The notes under the pieces: model-generated
Told to the model about the DNA's origin: nothing
Database searches by the model: none
The model's input: the letters and a program-made list of their open reading frames with translations, nothing else
Translations under genes and position numbers: made by a program
Assembly: GCA_942493095.1 (NCBI GenBank)
Contig: OW818675.1
Coordinates: forward strand, 2,970,001 to 3,002,000
Source: Candidatus Electronema halotolerans
Lineage (GTDB): Bacteria; Desulfobacterota; Desulfobulbia; Desulfobulbales; Desulfobulbaceae
Length of the DNA stretch: 32,000 nt
Direction: 5' to 3'
Shown: in pieces, positions 8,876-16,000 of the stretch
How the letters are laid out: the number at the start of each line of letters is the position of its first letter
Position numbering within the stretch: position 1 is the first letter of the stretch

Positions 8876-10002
8876 CAGTGCGGCCCTCCGCCGGTGATAA
8901 TGTTTTTCTCCCAGACTTCGCCAAGGCTGTAATCTTCAAGCCATGCCTCCAGTTCTTTCGGATCAAGCCGTCTGAACTGCGATTCATTGCCTTTCCGATT
9001 CGTCACAATCACATCTTCCGCCTCAAAGCTGTTGAGGAAGGTGCTTGACTGGGTGCTGACAAGCACTTGCGTGTGCTGCGAAGCCCGGCGGAACAAGGAG
9101 GCTATGACATTGAGAGCATAAGGATGCAGGCCGAGTTCAGGCTCGTCAACAATGATCAGATCAGGCAGTTCATTTGCTGGCTGCATGAGCAGCGTGATCA
9201 GACAGATAGCGCGCAGGGTGCCATCTGAAAGCTGGTGGGGGCCGAAGACCTGATCAGACCCTTTTCCCCGCCAATTCAGCATGATCTCCCGTTTGCCCGG
9301 ACCGGTTGGCTCCAGATCAAAGTCATCAAAAAACGGGGCGATGAGACTGACTGTCCTGACAATTGGATGATACGCAGCACCGTCTTTTTCATGGCGCAGT
9401 CTGTAAAGCAGAGCGGCCAAGTTGCCCGCATCAGGCATCAGCCAGTAGTCATCGGCGATATAACAGTATTGGTGAATCCGCGCCGTGGGCGAGGTGTCAT
9501 GAAAATGATAGACCCGGCAACGAGTGAGCAGATGGATTAACCCCCGCACCTCCATTTTATGAAATGAGCTAATGTCCTTTGCTGAGTTTGCCAGTGAGAG
9601 CATCCGTGTTTCACGATGTCCTGCGGCTAATGAAATCTTCTTTGGAGATGGATGCCCAGATGAAAAGAAGCTCAGAATCTCTTCAGCAAAAACAAGTGTA
9701 TCTCCCGTTGCATGAATCAAGCGCATTTCATAGATGTTCTTGCTGCTGTCCACTTCAAATTCCAGCTTGGCCTCCATCTGCGGTGTCATCTTGGGGCCAA
9801 AGTGCAGTAGGGACTGCGCACGCCCGGACATGCCAATGTGCTGCTGAAGCCGCTCCGCCATCATCTCGTTGAGCATCTTGAAAAATGAGACAAAGTTGCT
9901 CTTTCCAGCCCCGTTCGCCCCAATGAGGACATTCAGATTGCGCAGCTCAATGTCCATTTCTTTAATGGACTTGAAGCCTTTAATGATTATCCGTTTCAGC
10001 AT
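8875..10002 (-). CDS. ABC/OLD-type AAA ATPase (AAA_15/AAA_21-like), no fused nuclease domain
   Basis: 375 aa. The N-terminal strand is MLKRIIIKGFKSIKEMDIEL. Walker A GANGAGKSNF, ABC signature-like QLSDGTLRAI and Walker B/D-loop DLIIVDEPELGLHP are present, followed by LVSTQS. This layout is typical of the SMC/OLD-like ATPases of Septu PtuA, PARIS AriA and Gabija GajA type. Confidence 0.8.
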   Translation of the reverse strand: MLKRIIIKGFKSIKEMDIELRNLNVLIGANGAGKSNFVSFFKMLNEMMAERLQQHIGMSGRAQSLLHFGPKMTPQMEAKLEFEVDSSKNIYEMRLIHATGDTLVFAEEILSFFSSGHPSPKKISLAAGHRETRMLSLANSAKDISSFHKMEVRGLIHLLTRCRVYHFHDTSPTARIHQYCYIADDYWLMPDAGNLAALLYRLRHEKDGAAYHPIVRTVSLIAPFFDDFDLEPTGPGKREIMLNWRGKGSDQVFGPHQLSDGTLRAICLITLLMQPANELPDLIIVDEPELGLHPYALNVIASLFRRASQHTQVLVSTQSSTFLNSFEAEDVIVTNRKGNESQFRRLDPKELEAWLEDYSLGEVWEKNIITGGGPH

Positions 10003-10284
10003 CTTTTTCTTGATTTTATCCTGTGACGCGACATTGCCTAGCAGAATTTTTCTGTCTCCGTCAAAGCCGCTGTGCTATCTTCGCCGCATGCGAACCCGAC
10101 TGACCATGACTGTTGCAGCACTGCTGCTCATCGCCATGCTGCTGATCTGGCAGCGGGATGTGAGACAGAAAATGCAAGATTTAAAACAGGTTCCGAGATA
10201 CTTTCCTTTGCGGAATTCTGTCTTGACGGACAGGAAGGCCAGCTCATCCTGATGTTGGAAGAAGACATGCAGGCAACCGACATC

Positions 10285-11046
10285 TCACCTCCTCTGTTGG
10301 CGGCAGCCATGACTGAATCCAGCATCATAAAGGCGTGAGGCGGCAGCCGCTTCATCTGATAATGCAGCTCCCACCAGAATCATTGCCGTTTTGCGGATGC
10401 CTGCCGCCTGCACCTTGGCGGCAATGTCTGCTAATGAGCCTTGGATAATGCGCTCATCCGGCCAGGAAGCCTTTTCCACCACTGCCGCGCTTGTCTCGGC
10501 TGGATAACCGCCTGCAACCAGCTCGGCAGCAACCTGCTCAATCATGCCCACAGACAGGAAAATGCAGAGCGAGGCCCGAATTGCCGCCAGCTTGGGCAGC
10601 GACTCTGCTTCCGGCACTGGCGTGCGTCCGCTGATGCGGGTGAAAATCACGGTCTGGGTGATCTCCGGCACAGTCAGTTCCGCCTTGAGCGCGGCGGCGG
10701 CGGCAAAGGCCGAGCTGACTCCCGGCACCACTTCATAAGGGATGCCCTCCTGCTCAAGCCGCTGCATCTGCTCGCGGATGGCCCCGTACAGAGCTGGATC
10801 GCCAGTGTGCAGACGCACCACCTTCTTGTCCGCCTGCCAAGCCGCAGTCAGCACGGCCAGCACCTCATCCAAGGTCATTCCGGCAGAGTCGTGAATTTCC
10901 GCCTGCACCCCATCCAACAGGGCTGGATTGACCAAGCTGCCTGCATAGACGATCACGTCTGCCGCATCCAAGAGGCGGCGGCCTTTGAGGGTGATCAGTT
11001 CCGGGTCGCCCGGCCCAGCTCCAAGAAAGATAATTGGCTGCTTCAT
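10285..11046 (-). CDS. cobM: precorrin-4 / cobalt-precorrin-4 C11-methyltransferase
   Basis: MKQPIIFLGAGPGDPELITLKGRRLLDAADVIVYAGSLVNPALL...VVRLHTGDPALYGAIREQ...YEVVPGVSSAFAAAAAL...TQTVIFTRISGRTPVPE is the classic CbiF/CobM pattern. An ATGA overlap joins it to the upstream cbiL. Confidence 0.9.
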   Translation of the reverse strand: MKQPIIFLGAGPGDPELITLKGRRLLDAADVIVYAGSLVNPALLDGVQAEIHDSAGMTLDEVLAVLTAAWQADKKVVRLHTGDPALYGAIREQMQRLEQEGIPYEVVPGVSSAFAAAAALKAELTVPEITQTVIFTRISGRTPVPEAESLPKLAAIRASLCIFLSVGMIEQVAAELVAGGYPAETSAAVVEKASWPDERIIQGSLADIAAKVQAAGIRKTAMILVGAALSDEAAAASRLYDAGFSHGCRQQRR

Positions 11047-11819
11047 GTGCTTGCTGTGCTGACCTGCTTTTTCCGCAGAATCATGGTGGAGAAATAATGG
11101 AGATCGCGGCCCTGCGCCTCGCGGATATTGTTGTAAATGCGCTGATCAGGCAGGCCGCAGCGTTCAACCAGCACCGCCTTGTCAGTCAGGCCGAGTTCGT
11201 CCAAGAGACTGATCAGACGGGGAAGCTGGCGGAACATCTTCATCAACACCACCGCGTCTGAATTGAGGAGAATACCGCGCAGCCGCTCGTCGTCAAAGGC
11301 GGCTGGCACCACGGTGAGCACGTCATCGCCCAAGCCCAGCGGGCTGCCGACTTGGGCCGAGCAAGCTGACATGGCCGTGATGCCCGGCACAATGGTCACG
11401 GGCAGGCCGGGCCGCAGCTCGTGCAAGGTGGCAAGCAGGTAAAAGGCAGTGGAGTACAGCCCTGGATCGCCGAGCGTGGGAAAGGCCACGTCCTGCCCCT
11501 GCTCAAGGTGAGCAAGCACCTTTTGCGCCGCCCGCTGCCAGCCCTGCGCCGCTTCCGGGTCTGGCCCACAGCCGAGACGAATTTTCTTCATTGGAAAGCA
11601 GAGTTCCAGCACAGTCTTGTCGGCAAGGCCGACCATTGCCGCTGCAATCTGCAAGGCACTGCTGCTGCCGTCCTCCTTAGCCTTGGGCGCGGCCCAGACG
11701 CGGCACTGCTCCAATATCCGCACTGCCTTGCAGGTCATCAGCTCCGGGTCGCCCGGGCCAATGCCGACAATATGCAGACGACCTGTCTGTTTTGCGTCTG
11801 ATGTATATTCCGCCTTCAC
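11043..11819 (-). CDS. cobI: precorrin-2 / cobalt-precorrin-2 C20-methyltransferase
   Basis: GRLHIVGIGPGDPELMTCKAVRILEQCRVWAAPK...LELCFPMKK...DVAFPTLGDPGLYSTAFYL...IVPGITAMSA matches CbiL/CobI. The only start for the full ORF is a GTG at 11819, so the start is uncertain. Confidence 0.85.
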   Translation of the reverse strand: MKAEYTSDAKQTGRLHIVGIGPGDPELMTCKAVRILEQCRVWAAPKAKEDGSSSALQIAAAMVGLADKTVLELCFPMKKIRLGCGPDPEAAQGWQRAAQKVLAHLEQGQDVAFPTLGDPGLYSTAFYLLATLHELRPGLPVTIVPGITAMSACSAQVGSPLGLGDDVLTVVPAAFDDERLRGILLNSDAVVLMKMFRQLPRLISLLDELGLTDKAVLVERCGLPDQRIYNNIREAQGRDLHYFSTMILRKKQVSTAST

Positions 11820-12064
11820 AAAGTTCTCTGCTGCACCAGCATGTTGAGGTCTTTCATAGCGTTTGATTTCCTTATGGACAGGATGAGGATTGCGTCAACG
11901 TGGTTGTTTGGCTCAAGGCTTTGCGCAATAAAGCAGAAGAAAGAAAACTCGTCAACGTAAACTTAGCGGGGTGCCAAAGTTCTGGCGCATCTTTCTCCGT
12001 GCTTCAGCCGGACTTTCGCCGGTCCAGTGCTTATGACCTTAGCGGCCCCGAAGAGAATGCGCTG

Positions 12065-12430
12065 CTACTGCTGTTCATCGTTGTCCCCGGCCAGCAGGTC
12101 CATGATTTTGTCCACAGACAGTTTGGACAGATCAGTGACCTTGCCGCGAATCTTGAGATAGACAGGTTTTCCGTTCGTCTGAATTGCTGCGAGCAGCTTT
12201 TTGACCCGCTCCATGCGCTTAACTCGTTCGGCAAACTGAAGCGAGCCTTCAATTGTGGCTGCGATCACGACAAGCTGCCAGATTACATCGCCCGGCCCTT
12301 TATGCTCGCCATCCGGCGGCGGTGCTGGGGTGAACTGCGCAGTCTGCTGCAACTCGCTCTGAATGAATTCTGCCACAGCAGCTTCCAGTTCCGGCTTGTC
12401 TTTGGGCAGGCGAAATTCTATTTCAGTCAT
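12065..12430 (-). CDS. small hypothetical protein, EACC1-like (effector-associated constant component) by pattern
   Basis: 121-aa ORF with an ATG start and a weak RBS. The layout is:
- an N-terminal strand (EIEFRLP)
- a helix (ELEAAVAEFIQSEL)
- a Pro-rich linker ending in GxxG (PAPPPDGEHKGPGD)
- a hydrophobic helix (VIWQLVVIAATIEGSL)
- a C-terminal beta-alpha unit (KPVYLKIRGKVTDLSKLSVDKIMDLL)
The family call rests on recollection of EACC1 sequences only. Confidence 0.5.
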   Translation of the reverse strand: MTEIEFRLPKDKPELEAAVAEFIQSELQQTAQFTPAPPPDGEHKGPGDVIWQLVVIAATIEGSLQFAERVKRMERVKKLLAAIQTNGKPVYLKIRGKVTDLSKLSVDKIMDLLAGDNDEQQ

Positions 12431-12474
12431 GGCTTTTGTCCAATTCTCTTTTCAGGGTATCTGCTCCGAAGAAG

Positions 12475-12756
12475 TTAATAAACTTGATCATGCTTGCCTA
12501 TATCAAGCAGAACAATGACTTCAACATCCGCGCTTTGTTCGAGCGAGAACACAATTCGGCAATCATAGCCGCAACTACATGCGCGCAGCCCTTCCAATGT
12601 TCCGCTCAGTTTATGCGTATTCAGTGATGATGAGAAAATATCTTCCTGCATTTGTTCAAGAGTCATTTCAATGCTCTTCAGCAGTTTCTTGTCGCGGCGG
12701 ACAAATTTGCTGAAAGCTCGCTTGAACTTTGGGGTTACAACCAGCTCGCGTCTCAT
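12475..12756 (-). CDS. type II toxin, RelE/ParE (RelE/StbE-YafQ-like) mRNA interferase family
   Basis: 93 aa: ...FKRAFSKFVRRDKKLLKSIEMTLEQMQED...LNTHKLSGTLEGLRACSCGYDCRIVFSLEQ...IVLLDIGKHDQVY. This is the characteristic HKL.G.L.G...C....D.RI.F....I.LL.IG.HD.VY pattern. An ATGA overlap joins it to the upstream small ORF. Confidence 0.8.
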   Translation of the reverse strand: MRRELVVTPKFKRAFSKFVRRDKKLLKSIEMTLEQMQEDIFSSSLNTHKLSGTLEGLRACSCGYDCRIVFSLEQSADVEVIVLLDIGKHDQVY

Positions 12757-12980
12757 TCCTCTTTGTTCATGTATTCCCGAAGTTCTTTGATCGCATCCTG
12801 CGCTGACTGAGGTTTCAGCTCGCCTCGGCGAAACATTGCTAAAGAATCTTTTGCATCTCTGGAAATTTCGTGCCGCACAGCTTCAATGTCCCAGCTATGT
12901 ATCAAATCAGCAAGTATTTTCCGCTGTCTTGGAGAAAAATGTCGGATTGTTTCCACCACCTGTTCAAATGTCATGGACAT
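12753..12980 (-). CDS. putative antitoxin of the RelE/ParE-type toxin
   Basis: The track gives a 129-aa ORF (to 13142) that would overlap the 3' end of the 1329-aa gene. GGAGGA lies 8 nt upstream of the internal ATG at 12980, giving a 75-aa protein MSMTFEQVVETIRHFSPRQRKILADLIHSW...FRRGELKPQSAQDAIKELREYM. Its size, position and 4-nt overlap with the toxin fit an antitoxin. Confidence 0.6.
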   Translation of the reverse strand: MSMTFEQVVETIRHFSPRQRKILADLIHSWDIEAVRHEISRDAKDSLAMFRRGELKPQSAQDAIKELREYMNKEE

Positions 12981-13098
12981 GCCTGCATTCCTCCGGCTGG
13001 CAATCTTTTGTTTTTCTTGGCAGTACAGCCCTTCGACTTCGCTCAGGGCACTCGCGCCGATAAGCACTCTGAATGCGCGCTGCGCTTTCAATCTGCCT

Positions 13099-16000
13099 TC
13101 AGGCATCTGGTTCAACAATACTCCATTCCTCGAATTTCTCAAGGGTTTCTATGGGCTGATTGCCGCTGATGACCTCAGCAAGGGCGGCCAGCAGCGCAGG
13201 GTTGGGATGGCCGTCCTGCTCGGCCCTGCGGACATTGTCTGTCAAGTTCCAGCCAAGGGAGCGCACCCCGTCCAGCAGGAGTTTTTTCAGAGGGCTGAGA
13301 GTCTGGGGCTGGCAGTGGGCGTAGCGGTAGAAGGCCAGTTCTACAGCTAAATCCGGGGCTTCTTTTTCCTGATGCTGCTCTGCCTGTTCCAGCATTTCGA
13401 CAGCCTTGCTGCGATTGCCTTGCACGAAAAGAAGTTTGGCGTAGTTGCCAAGATTGTTTGCATCTTTCGGGTCAGCCTCCACAGCCCGCTCGTACATGGC
13501 TTCCGCTGCTGCGTAATCTTGCTTCTGCTGCCAAAGAAAATTTGCGTAGTTGCCGAGATTGTTCGCATGATTCGGGTCAGCCTCCACAGCCCGCTCGTAC
13601 ATCGCTTCCGCCGCTGCGTAATCTTGCTTCTGAAAATGCAAAAAATAGGCGTATCTGCCGAGATTGCGCGCATGATTCGGGTCAGCCTCCACAGCCCGCT
13701 CGTACATCGCTTCCGCCGCTGCGTAATCTTGCTTCTGAAAATGCAAAAAATAGGCGTAGTTGTCGAGATTGTTCGCATGATTCGGGTCAGCCTCCACAGC
13801 CCGCTTGTACATGGCTTCCGCTGCTGCGTAATCTTGCTTCTGATTCGCCAGAAAGAGAGCGTAGTTGCCGAGAGTGTTCGCATGATTCGGGTCAGCCTCC
13901 ACAGCCCGCTCGTACATCGCTTCCGCCGCTGCGTAATCTTGCTTCTGATTCTTCAGAAAGAGGGCGTAGTTGCCGAGAATGTTCGCATGATTCGGGTCAG
14001 CCTCCACCGCCCGCTCGTACATCGCTTCCGCCGCTGCGTAATCTTGCTTCTGATTCTCCAGAAAGACAGCGTAGTTGCCGAGATTGTTCGCATGATTTGG
14101 GTCAGCTTCTATAGCCCGCTCGTACATGGCTTCCGCTGCTGCGTAATCTTGCTTCTGCTGCCAAAGAAAAGTGGCGTAGTTGCCGAGATTGCGCGCATGA
14201 TTCGGGTCAGCCTCCACCGCCCGCTCGTACATCGCTTCCGCTGCTGCGTAATCTTGCTTCTGATTCTTCAGAAAGAGGGCGTAGTTGCCGAGATAGATAG
14301 CTCTTTCTTTATCTGTTTTTGCCAATTGCAGAGCTGTGTCCAGCCGGTTTTCTTCATCTGCCAGATCAGCGTCCTGCAAAAGTTTCTCTGTGGTTTTGTC
14401 CAGTTCGCCAAAATACAGAAAATATGCCTGCCTGAGCAGTTCTCCTCTTCCCGAAAATTGACTGAACATCAAAAAAAGAATACCTTGAGACTCTTTTTCT
14501 GCTTCTTTTTTCTTTTTATCGCGCTCTTCATCAAAAACTTTATACAGTTCGGTAAACTGAAAGACAGATAACCCCTCTAAAGCATAGCCACTCACCCGTA
14601 ATTTTTCAAAAACATGAAGTGAAAGCGACAGCTCAAGATAATTGATAAACGTATCTGCATCAAAGCCGATTTCCTCCCAATCTGCTGCACAGTTCCTAAT
14701 GCAAAGCCGATGCAAAGCGGCAATGCGCCGCTGGTCTGTCTCGCTGGAGAGCGGCAGTTCTCCTGCATATTCGGCGGAAAAATGATTAGCGCGAATAAAG
14801 TCAATACTCTCCTTGAGAGTCTCTGTTTCCGGCACCGCATACTCTGCCAAAAAATCCTTGAACCAAATCCGCCAGAGCAGCGGCGCGCAAATCTTGGCCA
14901 GAAAATTTCTATCCTCCCGGCCCAGCGGCTCCACCACCTTCCTTGCCAAACCATAGCAGGAAATATGGCCGTCCACATCCCGGCCCTGCCAATGACAGAG
15001 CAGGCCGAAGTTGTCCAACCGTTGCAGGGCTGCTGCCGGATCAGCAATTCCGGCCTTTGGACCAGCTTGCAGGAGCAGCTCTTCCGGCACCGGCACCTCA
15101 AACAGAGTCAGCAGACGCAGGAACTCACGTTCGCTGTTGCGCAGTGCCCGACTGTAAACCTCCAAGGCAATGCGCTGAAAATACTTGTCAACTTCATCCG
15201 CAGGCGATGCTGCTTCCAGCTCGGCTTGCGAGGCGGCAATTCGCTGCAAAGCACTGTCCAACGCGGCCAACTCGCCCTTGAGCAGCGGCGGAAAAAGCAC
15301 GGCCTGCAAACCGGGATTGCCCTGCGCTGCGGCAAAAATCCGCTCCAGATACTGCGCATCCTGAACCTTATCCCGCTCTTGGCTCCCGTCGCGCTGGAGC
15401 AAAGCCAGCCAGTGCTTTTCCTGCTCGGCCACAGTCATGTCCGGCACATTGATTGCCCGCAGCTTGGCGCACAAATCCTCGCCGTGGCGGTTGCGCAGAG
15501 TGAAGCAGCAGCGGGAGGTGAGCAGCAGGCGCGAGTCGGTGTCCGCTTCGGCAAACGCTTCAATCAATGCCTTGAAAACAGGTTGATATTCCCGCTTGAC
15601 CTCGGCCTTGTCTCCTTGCGTAGGCAGCGGCTCCAGAATGTGCTGCTCCAGATCGTCTGCCACCAAAACTATGGGCTGCTGATCAAAGATCCCTTCCAGC
15701 AGGCTCAGGAGAATGCCTTTCAGCCTGCCCGGATCCGCCTGCACCTTGGCTAACAGCCCAGCAAAATCAATCTCCGCATCCCGCGCAGCATCTTGCAGCA
15801 CTTCCAGCAGATCAATGGCCTGATAATGGCGATACAGGACAGCGGCCTTGCAGCGCGGCTCCAGCCGGTCAACAATCCGGGCCGCCAAGCTGGATTTGCC
15901 CGTGCCGCCAATGCCGTAGAGCAGCACGGGCCGCTGCTCGGCAAAGGCTTGCAGAGCCTCCTTGGTCTGCCAGCGTCTGCCGACAAAAGTTTCCCGGCTG

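Noticed and set aside
10087-10254. Possible 55-aa plus-strand small membrane protein (MRTRLTMTVAALLLIAMLLIWQRDV...) in the cobM / ATPase intergenic region.
   Set aside because: There is no Shine-Dalgarno sequence upstream. The frame is part of a longer spurious ORF (9869-10252) that runs antisense into the ATPase gene, and there is no recognisable family. It cannot be supported from sequence alone.
12981-13142. N-terminal extension of the antitoxin ORF to 129 aa, overlapping the last 44 nt of the 1329-aa gene.
   Set aside because: The extension has no RBS and no recognisable sequence. A GGAGGA box precedes the internal ATG at 12980, which gives a 75-aa product of typical antitoxin size.
13347-14571. 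Long ORFs on the plus strand (13372-14571, 399 aa; 13458-14114, 218 aa) and in an alternative minus-strand frame (13347-13883) across the TPR repeat array.
   Set aside because: They are shadow frames of the 105-nt repeats. The translations are low-complexity periodic strings (…RMIRVSLHSPLVH… repeated) with no starts supported by an RBS. The TPR frame is continuous with a 1329-aa protein carrying clear domains.
14710-15753. 347-aa plus-strand ORF antisense to the CHAT-STAND gene. Similar long antisense ORFs occur at 23642-25210 (522 aa, opposite tolB), 18023-18715 (opposite trpG), 6480-7058 (opposite the ABC ATPase) and 28350-29054 (opposite the TrxR-like gene).
   Set aside because: These are typical GC-rich antisense open frames with Arg/Ala/Gly/Pro-rich, motif-free translations. 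In each case the opposite strand encodes a protein with unmistakable family motifs.
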